The notes under the pieces are model-generated. The model did not search any database. It worked only from the letters and a program-made list of their open reading frames with translations, and had not been told where the DNA came from. The position numbers were made by a program, and so were the translations under genes. A stretch of 64,000 nucleotides of DNA. Origin: Octopus vulgaris. Its lineage: Eukaryota. This document shows, piece by piece, positions 24,481-41,012 of this stretch. Each line of letters starts with the position of its first letter. Position 1 is the stretch's first letter. The DNA is taken from contig OX597820.1 in the NCBI GenBank assembly GCA_951406725.2, positions 52,080,001 through 52,144,000 on the forward strand. The letters run 5' to 3'.

Positions 24481-25369
24481 ACTTTGAGCAAATATTACCA
24501 TAGTTTTGGTAAAATCTGATTGCAGATTCTCTGCTCAAATTTTTCGGTCATGGTGAATGCGACGATCACATACTACACATTTTCCTTCCAGTGGAGGTGA
24601 GCTGGAAAGTAAAAACTTAGAGCACATGCACAACAGGGTTCGAGGTCGATCTGTCCCAACAGGCGTCAGCTGTGTGCTTCGGCGTCATTTTTATGGTAAC
24701 AGACCGGATAATTGTTGATCCGCCTGCGTGTGCGCATGTGTGCGTGTGTGTGTAAACATAGTTGTCGGTTAAAATATTCCGAGTAAATTTTAAGCGACAT
24801 TTACGAGACCTAGACATATAAAAAAAGAATAGACGGGCAGTTTCTCTGTGACTCCTCTTTATGAGTGGCCGTAAATGTCGCATAATCTACATTCAAAAAC
24901 TTAACTGTTAATCTATAAGATGCAATTATATATGACGCAAAGTGCTCCTCACAATGAACATCGACTTTACATTATATATTTTACAGTATCAAATGGCAGC
25001 CGACTAGTATCTCTCAGATTATGAGAACGAGGCTTAATGATTTTCGTCGCAAGATCTATGAGTCTCGTTCGTCATTCTTCTGTGTCCTTTTGTTTACTTT
25101 CACCATCGTTAGAAAGAAATAAAGAGAAATGGGAAATAAAGAATAATGTAATTGAACACTGCTTTATTTATTAAACCCAAAACAACATGTTTACCGCTCA
25201 GTAATTTGGAGAGAACCAGAGAAAAGTATGCATTGGGTCACTATTCGGCCCTGCCAATTTGCATAATCGAAGTTTAATTAAACGGATTTGAAATTATCTG
25301 TGGGAAATGTGATATATGGGGATGAAATACTGCTGGTCTTGTACACATGCTCGCATATGAATGCACACA

Positions 25370-25407
25370 CATAGACACACAAACACAGTCACACACACAC
25401 ATACACA

Positions 25408-25492
<85 letters not shown>
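25370..25492. repeat. (CA)n microsatellite
   Basis: Directly visible. Confidence 0.97.
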
Positions 25493-25493
<1 letters not shown>

Positions 25494-25494
<1 letters not shown>

Positions 25495-25760
25495 ACAGAG
25501 GGTGTGGTGAATATACTGCTGTCTGAATTAAACTAAAATGAAAATAACACTGGCATCTTATTTTAACAGATATATTTGCCAAAATTACATAAAATATCTT
25601 GAAATTCTAAAGAGTAAATTTATTCAATACAATCGCCATTGGCTTCAACCACGGGCTCCAGACGACTTCAGAATCTCCTGCAACACTTCTGGACAGTCTC
25701 CTTGTTTAAGTTACTGAACGCTGCCATAAGTATTGCCTTCAGTTCATCTTTGGTGTTTTA
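25494..25760 (-). mobile_element. Tc1-like transposase C-terminus plus probable terminal region
   Basis: Minus-strand NTKDELKAILMAAFSNLNKETVQKCCRRF*SRLEPVVEANGDCIE; boundary ta|cagagggtgtg. Confidence 0.75.
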
Positions 25761-26179
25761 AGATGTTTTGTTGTTTTTTTCACTCAACTATGCTCCACAC
25801 ATATTAAACAAGGGGGATGCGTGTATGTATGCATGTATGTATGTATGTATGTATGTATGTATGTATGTATGTATGTATGTATGTATGTATGTATGCATGT
25901 ATGTATACTGGCATGTATGCGTTTGTGTTTGCTGTATGTATTTCTCCGCCACTCTCATGTTATTTATATTGTTTTGCTTACTTCTCCATGGCCTTTCGGT
26001 TCGGTGAAAGAAAACTGCACATAGTAAGTACAGGTGTCACTTAATCATCCTAAACCATTCAAGTCCAGTGAATGAAAGCAATTAAGATAAAAGACAAGTA
26101 TATATTGAAGGGGAGGGAGAGAGAGAGAATTGGTGATAGCATTCATATATACATTCATAAATTGGTCAAGCGTTATATA

Positions 26180-26195
26180 AATAGATAGATAGATT

Positions 26196-26264
<69 letters not shown>

Positions 26265-26306
26265 TAGATAGATAGATATATATATATATATAGATAGATA
26301 GACAGA

Positions 26307-26399
<93 letters not shown>

Positions 26400-26455
26400 T
26401 GACTAGATAAATAAATAGATAGACAGAGAGAGAAAGAAAGAGAGAGAGAGAGATG
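26180..26455. repeat. Compound (TA)/(GA)/(GATA) microsatellite
   Basis: Directly visible. Confidence 0.97.
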
Positions 26456-27234
26456 AATGTATATGTGTAAATATCTACATGTATGTATATTCTTGCATGT
26501 TAGGAGACCCAATTCGCAAATATGAATTATGAGCCTTCTAATTATAATGCATTGTTAAAACTACTGAACCGCGCAGTCATCACTTTACTCCTCTAGATGT
26601 ATACGTCTGCATGTTGATCTGCTAGTTTGTTTCATAGGACCTAATGTATTGCCTGCCACGTCGCATGCCCCATGCTTTATCTCTGAAACAATAAACGGAG
26701 AAGTGCTTAATTAATAGAAAATTATTGCCGTTTTGACTTTATAATTGATCTCATTGAAAATATAGCTATGTTCCTCACTAATAACGACATCGTGATATAT
26801 TAGATTGATACAGGGGTTAGTTCTGTAACAATAGAGAAAGGTCATGGGGGTTTCCTAATGACACATAATTAACTGTATCATAATTACAGGGAAAAATATA
26901 AATGATATTGAAGACAAACGTGTAATTTTCCTTTATCTAGGAAGGAAACAGTGATAGACAGAAGAGAATTTAATGGAAAGATACTACAAGGAGGAAGAGT
27001 GAAGTGAACGAATGGAGAGTGAGAGTGAATGTATATGATTGCGGTAAGAGCTCGTGTTCTAATACATGCATTGATATAAGCTAAAGTGCGTATATAACAA
27101 ATGTGCATAGCACTGTATCATAAACATACACGCATGGACATACACGTAGGTGTAGACATATATTCACAAATATAGCATCACATTCACAGATACACATACT
27201 TATGCCTGAGTATAAGTGTTTAGATTGATAAACG

Positions 27235-27540
<306 letters not shown>

Positions 27541-28825
27541 TATGTTTCTTTATTAGCCACACAGGGCTGCACACAGATAGAACAAATTACAAGGTAGAGC
27601 TTTTCTTTTGAAGGTTTAAAAAAAAAAAAAAAAAAAAAGGGAAGGGGGAGTTTCGATCAAAAGGGATCGTAAAAGGAGAGAAAGAGGACAAAAAAAGGGG
27701 GGTTAAAAAAAGGGGGGAGGAAAAAAATTGATCAATAGGGATCGTTATCACAGAAATGTCAATATGAAGTGTAAAGGGGAGGACAGGTGAGGTTTACCCG
27801 TGGAAAGAAAAGCCTACGGAAAAGACCACGGTAACCTCGGTCAATGAAGTCACATTTTATATTTCTTTTTTTTTTTTTTTTTGCAAATAAGCAACTCTCT
27901 GTTTTCGATTTCTGGGTTCATAGGACTATGCTCAAGGTGGCTTCGTCATTCATACGTGCCATTCTTGCTACATTCAACCATCTTTTTTTAAAACATTCGC
28001 TAGACAAAACTTCCCTCTCTACTCTCACTTTCCTTTTCAAGTGGTACTTGAAGAAGTTGATGAGAGATTGACCAGAGAGGAAAGTGTTTGTCTCCAATCC
28101 TTTCAGACGCGTCCACCAGATACATTCTTTCGCCATAGCCACAAGGATGATGAAAATAGCTCTTCCTTCCCGTTTGAAGGAAGGAGGCGTGACAATATTG
28201 ACGATAGACTCAGCTGATAAACCGACTCGTCCCACACGTGACAGCAGTTGTTCGACATAAGCCCACAGGTCGGAAATTGTTGGACACTGAACGAGTGCGT
28301 GCAGAACGGTTTCGTCGCTCTGACCGCATCTCGGGCAGGTCGGCCCCGTGTTTCTCGAGCCGTGTCTGTAGAGCTTATCCCGAACGGGTAGCGCTTCTCG
28401 GTAGCACTGCCAGGCCAGGGATCTCTGGAAGTTGTCCATGGGCCCTGGCCCGAAAGTCGTCCTGAACAGGCGGGTCAGGTACTCCTCGTCGACGTCCAGG
28501 TTCGCCCCGAGCTCGTCGTCGTACCTCCCCTCCACTAAACCCCTATAGAATGCTTTGGTTGTGTTGAAGTCACTTAAGGTCGACCCATGACGGCAGAGTT
28601 GCTTGAGAGCAACGCGACACTCGCGGTGCCATTCGCCCTTCCTCGGCCTCTTTTTGATCCACGACTGCAGTTCGGTCATGGAGACGAGCTGCGGGAAAGC
28701 GTGCCTCACAAACGGCGACCACACCTGTTCACCGTCGTCTACATAGAGCCAGAGATGCCGCAGTCTCAGCGCGTGTCTGCGCATCATCAACCACGGCATG
28801 CCCAGCCCTCCTTTTAACGGGTGTT
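27541..28825 (-). mobile_element. L1/Tx1-type non-LTR retrotransposon, 5'-truncated, copy 1
   Basis: PLKGGLGMP, LPVRDKL, zinc knuckle CPRCGQSDETVLHALVQC, IW..R; ORF 27918-28799; 3' end ...gtggctAATAAAgaaacata then microsatellite. Confidence 0.88.
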
Positions 28826-29018
28826 AGAGTGAGTGAGTTAGAAATATATTAGCAAAAGTTTGAATATGTATGTATCTAATATCATCAATTACTTTTGCAA
28901 GTTGGCTATCGTTGTTTTCCGCTACCGTTTATGCTGAAGATATGCTGTGTTACTCCTCTCCATTACATACTCCTTGTTAAACGCTCACCGAATTTGTGAA
29001 TCTAACTTTCCACCCATC

Positions 29019-29049
<31 letters not shown>

Positions 29050-29705
29050 TCTCTTTCTTTCTCTCTCCCGATGTTTGTCTAAATATCTACTTATATATCT
29101 ATCTATCTGTCTATCTATCTATCTATCTATCAATTCTTTCGCACATAAACATACACTATACTGATGCACAGTATAGGGTCGCGCACACACATATTATACA
29201 CTGCCTCACACACATATTCACATCTCTACATACACACACACACAAATACTCGAAACGCATACCACTCCAGGAAATACACATACTGGGTTACTTATACGCA
29301 TACACACACACAGATGCACCCACACCCACACAAAAGCCCACACAATTCTAAGTTCGCCTATACGTATATTAACACGCGCTCTCCACCATTGACATATACA
29401 CAGGGTCACCATTCTTATCTCCCTTTCACCCGGCCTCTTTCTTCCCGTCAGGTTTAACAGCGCGCGTGCGCGCGTATCTGTGTATCAATGTGTGTCTACA
29501 CGCCCACTTCTTTAATTGGACTTTGGTTTAGTTCGAGTATAAAAATGTGAAGCGACATGCACGGGTGCACGCCCAAAGACAAAATCCCCGAAATACCTAA
29601 GAACTGGAATGACCAGTACTTACCCCCAATAGTCTATGATTCTTCTTTTCTCTCTCAAGCGACAACTTCACAAATTCCCACCTGCCTACTTCAACAACTG
29701 TGCTG

Positions 29706-31120
<1,415 letters not shown>

Positions 31121-31694
31121 ACGCACATCCCCTATTTCTGCTCGGTATGTGTGTGATTGTCTGCCCAAGTACAGTTGTATACGAGCATATGTGTGTATAT
31201 ATGGGTGTCTGCGTGTGTACCTGTGTGTTTATGCGTGTGTGTCTGTGTATGTGCATGTGTATGCATATGCATGTGCATGTCTCTTATAGATATGGACGAG
31301 GGTGCAGCACTACCCATTTATCGCCCTTTTAATTCGACCCTAATCGCATGCATACTACCTTGAGATAGATCTTTCCGTAGGTATGAACATCAAATTTATC
31401 CGGTATAATGCCTGTATGTTCTGAAAATGTAACTTTCCCCAATAAAGTGCACTTCGTAGTCAAGGCTCTGATGAAGCTATAGGATGATATTCTGATACTT
31501 ATCTGAGAGTCTACCATATCTTATATGTAGAAAAAGCCGTAAGCTAATAAAATTCATTGCATAACCTACATTTCATTCCGTGTCAACTTTTGTTTCTGTA
31601 CCACTCTATACACATACAACATTGTGTTCTGGACCATAGTATATTGAGTTCTACAGCAGGCCATTAGTCTCGCTTTGTCTAAGTGAAATATATA

Positions 31695-32355
31695 TAAGTA
31701 GTAGAAATGGTAAGAAAATTTTTTTGGCTGCTATTTCTACTAAGTTCAGTATGTGGCAAAGTAATTTATTTTACTAAGCCCTAATTATATAATGTAATAT
31801 TTTGAATTCGCCTTAAATGGTCCTTTTACATACTGAACACTTGGTGGAATTGATTAATTAATTAATTTTACCCTCAATTGTTGATATTATAATTCATTTC
31901 TCTCGGTCATACTGCCTCGGTTCTCGCGGTTAAAATATGATGTTTGCTAGATAGACCACGTGGGTGGAATGGGGAGTGCAGAATTTTACGCCTGCGCATT
32001 TTGAATTTGTTGACACTGTTTAGTTGGAGTGGTTCATCTGAAGCGACAAGTTCGCTGATAGGTAAAGTTCCTTCTTTTTAGTGTTTCCAAATCCAAATTA
32101 AGAAATTTTGAGCTGACGAAAGAAATGCTGATTTTATTTGGCTAATCTTGAAACGTTGACGTACTCAAACGATCTATGTACTTGTGATATTTTTCTGTAT
32201 TTACCCCCAAACCTTCGTGAGCTGTCTGGAGTAAACATTATCTGAGAGAAATTTTCTTTAAGTAGTAGAAATGCTAAGAAAATTTTTTTGGCTGCTATTT
32301 CTACTAAGTTCAGTATGTGGCAAAGTAATTTATTTTACTAAGCCCTAATTATATA

Positions 32356-32357
<2 letters not shown>
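31695..32357 (+). mobile_element. Non-coding HHR-bearing element with 99-bp terminal direct repeats (retrozyme-like or non-autonomous PLE)
   Basis: 31695-31793 matches 32259-32357 (one mismatch seen), period 564 bp; TA runs on both flanks; HHR inside; no ORF in the track. Confidence 0.75.
32107..32169 (+). ncRNA. Type I hammerhead ribozyme with intact core
   Basis: Stem I tttgag/ctcaaa, CUGACGA (32113-32119), stem II aaga...tctt with inner gctga/ttggc, GAAA (32150-32153), stem III acg-ttga-cgt, GUA triplet; predicted cut after 32163. Confidence 0.85.
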
Positions 32358-32387
<30 letters not shown>

Positions 32388-33784
32388 GCGTGTGTATGTG
32401 TTTGTGTTTGACCATGTATTATATATATATGTGTGTTTGTGTGTGGGTGTGTATAAAACTACATGAGTATAAAGACACACACACACGTACACGCTTATAC
32501 AATGCATAAATGTTTGTATTTTCTTTCACTTCCAATTTAAATTTACAGATAGTTTTGAATATATATCTAAACGCCTTTATATAATTTAGTTTTAATAGAC
32601 ATTTATAAACACAGACACGATGTCATCACTATTCGGGTTGCATTTCTTCCTTGAACTCACTTCAAATTATTGGAAGGTGATACATATATTTCTCGTCTTT
32701 AAAATTACAGGTATACGATCTTTCGAATATCTATATAGAATCCAAGTATAGTAGTATATTCATACTGATAAATAAGCAATACTTACATATTGAATAACGT
32801 GTTTGAACAATATGGCCATAACATTATATAATTTATAAAGAATTCTTATTAAATTCTCTTTCAATGACTGCATGTATATAACAGTAGGTGTAGAAACTCA
32901 ATACGTCTTTCAGATGTATGGCTCACTGAATTGTTCTAAATATGCGGTTGAAGGTTATCTTAGAAAGAAGGCAACTTTGTCAATTGTATTAGAAGATTAT
33001 TTGAAGTAGTTAAATCAGAAATAATACGATGTCTGCAAAACTTGACTCAACATTAACCTTAACAAAATTAGAAAAATTTAAAATAAGGAAAGAATATACA
33101 TAATTAAGAAATATGTCGTACCTAACTATGACCAAATTAAAAAAAAATATATACATATATATTTATCGCACAACAACTAATGCAATAATAATTCGACTTC
33201 AGTATCAGATATGAAAACAAGCAAAACAAAATCAAGAACAACAAAACTACAGTCTATAACGCAATATATCATACGAGTTGTAAACAGAAACTGCTGTCAT
33301 ATAATTGAATGATTCTTTTTACGATATAATATCTTCAATAGAAATATAGTTTGTGCAACTTTATATTTCTATTTGTTAACAAACTTCTGATTTGATGCAG
33401 TAGGTATAAAGAAAATATTTCTGGCAACATAGAAATTATTAAAGGGGAATAGATTTAGTTTATATACCATTTCTTGTTTGCTGTTTACCTTCTTTGAAAT
33501 TTGGTTTCCATATATGATCGAAACTGAGTAAGATTGAAGATCGACTAGATTTGTAAGTTCCTGTGTGTATCTCTGTGCATGTCATTAGCGTTGAATACAT
33601 GAATACGCAAACGCACAGAATTAGACCGGTATATAATATATATATATATGTATAAAGATGTATGCCTGCGTACAGATATGTGCGTAAGTTTGTGAGTCGT
33701 TTGTAACATTTGCACAAATTCAAACGAAGTAATTACAGCTAAAGTCTTTCACTTTTGTGCATGAGGGGGAAATCTGCCTGTGTG

Positions 33785-33853
<69 letters not shown>

Positions 33854-33942
33854 ATATCTATCTATATATCTATCTATCTATCTATATATCTATCTATATA
33901 CATATAGACATACATACACACACACACACACATACACACACA

Positions 33943-34000
<58 letters not shown>
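33785..34000. repeat. (TATC)n/(CA)n/(TA)n microsatellite
   Basis: Directly visible. Confidence 0.95.
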
Positions 34001-34537
34001 TTGTCCATTTGCCATAATTTAGTCGAAAGACACCTGTTGTTATGTCCTGTTAATATTTTTATTGTATTTATATTTGTGTAAATTTGTCCGTTTTTCCGTT
34101 CTTGTATTTGTATACATTCGTTGCTTTCTTACAAGGATCTAATGCTCTAAGCTTATTTTTTTTCTTCGGGCTGACCAAACTGGAGCAATCTCAAGAATAA
34201 TCAGCCGTAATTGCGAGGGTAATCTGGTGCTTGACTAGGGATAGAGAGCTTCGAATGACCCCCTCCTTGCTTTCTTTGTATCGTCTGTCTGGATGTTTTG
34301 TTGTTCCTTTTTGTATCACATAGCTGTCGGGATGTTTTGCACTTCTTGTCCCATTTTGTATTTTATATATATATATATACATCTATGCACACAAAGGTGA
34401 TTACTTAGGTACAAAACAAGGTGGAAAAACTAGTACCCGAATTTCAAAGGTAGAATAATACACTTGTTATTAAAGCTGCAAAATTATCACAGAACTGTTA
34501 CGCAGAGTTACACGTTCCTGTTAATCGGGCTTTAGCG

Positions 34538-34540
34538 ATG

Positions 34541-34572
<32 letters not shown>

Positions 34573-34730
34573 TGTATGTATGTATGTATGTATGTATGTA
34601 TGTATGTATAATATTTATATATATATATATAAAATGTATGTGTGTGTGTGTGCGCGTATGTATGTATGTGTGTATGTATGTATGTATGTATGTATGTATG
34701 TATGTATGTATGTATGTATGTATGTATGTG
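34538..34730. repeat. (TATG)n microsatellite
   Basis: Directly visible; similar runs at 25820-25905 and 39232-39340. Confidence 0.95.
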
Positions 34731-35941
34731 TACAACAAATATCTACCTGCGTTACACTCTATATTTGTCTGTGCTGCGGAGAGCTTTGAACATTCATCCC
34801 GACAGTGTATTGGATATTCTCAGATCATCTTTACTCTTCTACGTGCTTGCAGCTATACTCATGCGCAGCTGTGTGTGGGGATGGGTGAGTGTGTGTTTGG
34901 GTGTCTTTGGTGCGTGTTTGTCAATGAGTCCTGTTTGAAAATATAAACATTACTCAACATATTACTTGACATATTACTCAACATAAAAACATATTACTCA
35001 CCATGTATTACTAAATCGTCTTTATCATCAGTGTCTATGTATATAAAATGTACGAATTGTCATTTCAAGTTGTTGGAACAATGGCAATCCATTGAATAAA
35101 CACTGTACTAAAAATTCGTTATTCACTTATTCTTATTAATATAAAGGCAGAATTTTTCAGTGTATTTGAAAAAGGCATAAAATATGTCTAAGACAATGAA
35201 TGCTAAATTGTCACCCACCATATGTTTTAAAAGAATCCAGTAATATAAAATAATAGTTGATTTTATTCAAATACCCAATAAGTATTTACATACTTTACTG
35301 AATTGACAGATATTATACCTATTTCTAGAAATATTAAGTTTTCAGTTTTGACGTTAATCCTTTTAAAGTTTGAGATGGAAAATAATTTTCTTTGTTTCTT
35401 TCCTTTTCCTAATTTAATAGGGGCCCCCGAGAAGGTGGTGCTTTTAGACACATTCTATTGTGTGTCATTTCAACTAATTTCTTTTACTGCAATTAACCTT
35501 CTCATATTTACACTGTTACTTTGGTTCATAAAAAAAAACCCAGAGAAATCATCCTCTTCTTTACAACATGGCGCTGCTCACTATAAAGACCCATATTTGG
35601 CTCCAAACAATGACTGAATACATATCATACACCCCACTGCTCTTCCAGAAATTGCTTCCTGTCCCGCCCTTCTTTCTTCATTCACATACGAAGACGGTAT
35701 TACATCTATTCCTGCTTCTGTCAGAAAATGTATTTACTTATTTATTCATCTATTAATCCAAGAAGTTTTTTTTTTCCTTTCTTCCAATTCATACGTCATG
35801 GAATATCCTAGTTGAATATACGAACAGACATTTAAAGTTTACATTGATTTTCACTAACTCACTCATACATAAAAATGCATATATACACACAAACTCATAC
35901 GCACACATGCACACTCATAAATATGTATATATATATATATA

Positions 35942-36046
<105 letters not shown>

Positions 36047-36902
36047 ATATTTATATGTATATGTATGTATATATGCATGAGTGTGTATAACTGCAGGAAT
36101 GAAACCCTGTGTGGAATCACATGAGGACAGATGTGATCGCAAAGACAGGAAAATTAGCTAAACGGGAGATTATCTTAAATCTTATTTAGTATATCCTCTT
36201 TTCAAAACTTTGAAGTAAAACGCTAAATCCTTTACGTCATCTTATAGATCTGCCGTCCAGCTTGTTTAATGCTATCTAGTTAAAGGATAACTATTGAAGT
36301 ATTAATATAGAATATCCCCTATCGGTTACTGACCTCGTAAAAAGCAGTAGTGACACCCACATTAGTGTACTACTAAGGCGATATCTCTAGGAAACGCAGC
36401 GATGCTCAGTGCCGCATTTATAAACTGGGTTATCCAATTGAACGAGAGGTTTCATCAATCAATTCATTATTGCATTAGCTCATAGCGCACGTCTTCTTTC
36501 TCGTCACTAATGCTATTAGAATATACAGTGACTTCTCTTTCCAAAGAATTGACATGAAATGAACTAGTCTTATTTAAGGTGTACACTCGCACTCATGAAT
36601 CGCAATTCAAATTCTCACAAACCTTGCATTCAATATTAGTTTTCAATCGTTATAACACGTGACCGCGGACTCCAATGATTTCATTCAAAACCATGTTCAA
36701 TGATCACTTGCAGGTATCGAATTTAATATCTTATCGTGATATATGTGTGTATGTAAATATATATATATATATGTGTGTGTGTATGTATGTATGTATGGGT
36801 ACACACACATTCACACACAGACACAATCACACTTACATACACACCCACACATATATATATATATAAATATATATATATATATGTATATTTTATATACACA
36901 CT

Positions 36903-36977
<75 letters not shown>

Positions 36978-37533
36978 GTTCATTTATATAAAGTTCACAC
37001 ACGCAGGTGCGCGTTTCGGGGAACTCTTGTCTTTTCAGACAGAATGTTCATATCCGAGCCAACTAAATAAAAATTATGTAAACGATATTATACTTTTGTA
37101 TGATTCGAAGCAATCTAGTACCACAGCTTGGTGATTCATATAATATAAATTCCTTGCCACAGGGTTTGATGTAATGCAATTATAACCCATTTTATGACCT
37201 TATAGGTGGTTCATATTGAAGTATATTTAATCTGAACAAAATACAGTATAAGGCCACATGAATTATTACAATTTAACTCTTTTTATGACGATTTGGAAAA
37301 GTCGTCAAAACGATGTCACAAGATAGTCAAGATACGTTGTACCATTACTCCTGATCAATGTATTCTGAGCTAAATTCCCCCCAGATGTCAATTTGCCTAT
37401 CATTTATTTTGAATCTATAAAATATCAGTCCAGATCAATAAATACGCTCTAAGAGCCTGAGACGAGTTGCATTGCATTATATGCTCTGTCTTGGTATTAT
37501 GAATCCAAATATCGCCTAGACTCCAGGCGCTAT

Positions 37534-37814
37534 AAGTGATTCTCAAAAGGATAAACCGGTTATCCACAATAGCATCTTAAGGGGCCCTGAAAATATCTTA
37601 CTTTAGATGTATGTTTTGCAAGGCACAGCTAGGTTTCTTTCTCTAACGTTTTACATAGTTGAATATACACAAGGTAATATGTGTGAAGCAAAATAGGAAT
37701 TTTGAAGGAAGTATTCATAAAACAAGTTTTTAAACAATGAATGGCTATGGGGCTCCACTGGAATAAAGTAATAATCAAATAGGTCCATATATAAGAAGTG
37801 GTTGAGAACTACAG
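37534..37814. mobile_element. Possible hAT (Charlie-like) MITE
   Basis: Imperfect TIRs aagtgattctcaa / ttgagaactacag resembling CAGTGGTTCTCAA; no clean TSD. Confidence 0.45.
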
Positions 37815-40800
37815 TTCTACAGTTTTAATTGTCAACGATGAATGTTCCCTCATTTCACGTACTGACACAACATGCAGTGTTGATACTATGAACATGAGTC
37901 TCCTGGCCCTTTACGCTAATCGACCTCACATGTGAATGGCCCAGGTGATTGCAAAAACTTAGAAATTTCTCCAGCAATGACAATAGACTAACAAAGATTT
38001 TGAATTTTGATGGCATATGGTGTAATATATTTAAGTACAACAAAATTATTTGATATAGCGTAATGCTATCGTGCTATCGTATTCTTCATACCAATTTCAG
38101 GCTGTAATACATTACATACTGCGTTCGATATATACATAGATATATACATATGAAGGGGCATGGTCAAGGGGTTACGGTGTTGCACTCACGATTGTTATTA
38201 GAGGGGTTGTTGCGTTAAGTTCTTGAGCAAAACAGATCCTCTCACGTTGGCCTTCTATCACTTTGACGCAACATTCATTTGATAGTGAGAATAAGCTGAA
38301 GTGTGACTCGAACATTTGATCACTATAAACAAATCATTCGTGCAGGTCGTTCGGCAAAAGCTAAACACTGATACATTGTATTTCGCGGGAGAATCCACCA
38401 TGTGCTGAGTGTGTGTGTGTGTTTGTGTGTGTATGTATGTGTGTGTGTGTGTGCGCGCGTACCTATTTTTGCATGTATGTATGTTGAAACACAATTATAG
38501 AACATGGTTTAATGACGACTTCTGTAACTGGATAATGCATCTTTTCTCATAATGTTATTTATTATAATAATAAATGAAATATGAAGCTATGAAGACAACT
38601 GTAGTATTTTTTATATATATGATTTTCATATAGGTTGAAATAGAATTATGCATTTCAATATCAGATGTAATTATACATAATTCTACCGTACACCATTCTA
38701 TAATATTTATCTTCTGGAAAACGAGTGAATAGAAAGATGTGATGATATGCTTTATGATGGACGTCTATAACGCTTTACCAAAATAAATTTTACGATAAGC
38801 AATCTACAAGTTACAATGATCATTTTTGTAATATGTATTAAACATATATTGTAACAGTTAAATGCAAAATCACACATGTGAAATAAGTTGTTATTAATTC
38901 GGTCATTGTAGCTAAAATATCAGTTTTAGGAAAGTGTGCCGTGTTTTTTAATATATGTTTGTGTCAGCCTTTCCGCCAGATTGATCTCCCATTATGTGTT
39001 TCTCTCCTTAAGTCAACACATTTACAGATTAGATTTGATCTCAGAAGTATTTAATATTATCAAGAGATAATAACTCTTGTAACGCTTGGAGTTAAAACCA
39101 GTCAAATTGTGTTTACGTGAAAATATTCCCGACCATTCTAAAATTGATTTTGATATTCCAAAAGCTAACGATGATAATTATATTCGTTAAAAAAAGAATA
39201 AAAGAACGTCACATAATGATCTATGAAGTCATTCATACATACATGTATACATACATGCATACATGCATACATGCATGCATACATACATACATACATACAT
39301 ACATACATACATACATACATACATAAATACATATACATACAATAACACACCAGCTCGTAACGATCAATTACTGAAGACTAGTCACTTGATCTGTATAAGA
39401 TTCATTGTAGTCACCGGCTTCCAATGGATTTTATTTGAAATTAGATGAGTAATTTATTATCAAACGAAATGAAGTAGAAACAATTCTTTTCATTGGAAAT
39501 CTTTGTTGAATGACAGAAAATTTCCTTTGGTAATTCAACACTATTCATTTTACAACAAACACTAACGCCATTTCTATTATGTGATAACTATATATATGTT
39601 GCAGGCGGTTGGGCAGAATAGTCACAGCGTTGAACAAATTAACATGTAACTGTTACTGTCAGTTATGTTCTAATTTCAAATCCCGCCGAGGCCTGCTTGA
39701 GTTTATCCTTCTTTGGGCCGTTAATAGAAACTGCTTGTAAAAAACTGAGTTGATATGATCCATGGTTCAATTTCCCCAAATGTGTGGCTTTGTGCCTATG
39801 TTAAATATTATTTCGATTTTGTATGTTCTGGTTCTCTTACTATTAAAGATATAAAATATTAGCACAAGATGAAACACGACTACAAAATTAAAGATGCATT
39901 CATTTCTGTAGACTCTTGCAATTGACTAGACTTAAGTACTTACTATTATATCATTAAGTCGAAATCGATATCTAATATCGAATCTCTTAGCGAGTGAATA
40001 ACGGACAGAACTGTTTAATGTCATTAAGTCAATGTTCGAATAAAACTCTGTAAACTGGCAAAGTTGATATCCACATTAACTTTCAAACGTGATTTTGCTT
40101 GATCTCTCACTAGCTCACAGGAATTGTGCATGAGTTGGATCTCACTACGTAGTTATCAAAGAAATGTAAGATATGTTCGCCTTTATCACGCAAAATTACT
40201 TACAGATATTTATTTGCACTAGTCGATTAATTTGATTTCCGTTCTTGAGTAGCACTTATTTTACTAACCAAGTGAAGGCAAGAATACAAGTGTGCCATGT
40301 TTTCAGCCCTTAGATTCTAAACGGCCAGAAATAATACAAAATATCTTTTCTCAGATTTTCTGTAGGTTTTAACAGCTTTCCAGCTTGATGTACAAGAAGT
40401 ATATAATTATTACTGTAATTTATCGGGTAGCAACTGAAAGTTAAACGTATTTTACATTATTTAGATTTATTTCCAATAATGTAGAGTAACAGATTCGGGA
40501 AAAAATATTGAAAAGATAATTTATGGTGTTTACATGCATTTTTACAGTTTAAATTCAAGTAACATTGATTTTCATTGCTATGAAATACGAAAATAAGTTC
40601 AGGGTGAATAATTAGCTTGATTACATGAACGAAACGCATCCGAAATATTAACGACATTTACACATGTGATAAATTCACCTGTTTCATTTCTACATCTTCC
40701 TCTATCTCTCACACACTGTATATGGATTTCTGTGGTTATGTCTATGAATATGTATCGGCATTATTACTCAAGTTGTTGAAAATTATAGAGCATTTACCTA

Positions 40801-41012
40801 TGGTAGGATTCTATATATCAAATACACTAAACGCTTTAAATCTCCTGTGAATGAGACTTCAAGTTTGACCATCCATGGTTTCAGCTAATTGTTGAAAAGC
40901 GAAACTGTGAGCATTGTCATACATACATATTACTTGCAGACATGCATACACAAATGCGTGTGTATTTGTGTGTGTGTGTGTGATTGTGTGTGTATATAAA
41001 TAGGTATACTAG

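Noticed and set aside
33485-33565. Possible minus-strand exon bounded by cag and gt
   Set aside because: Weak polypyrimidine tract, no recognisable peptide and no partner exons
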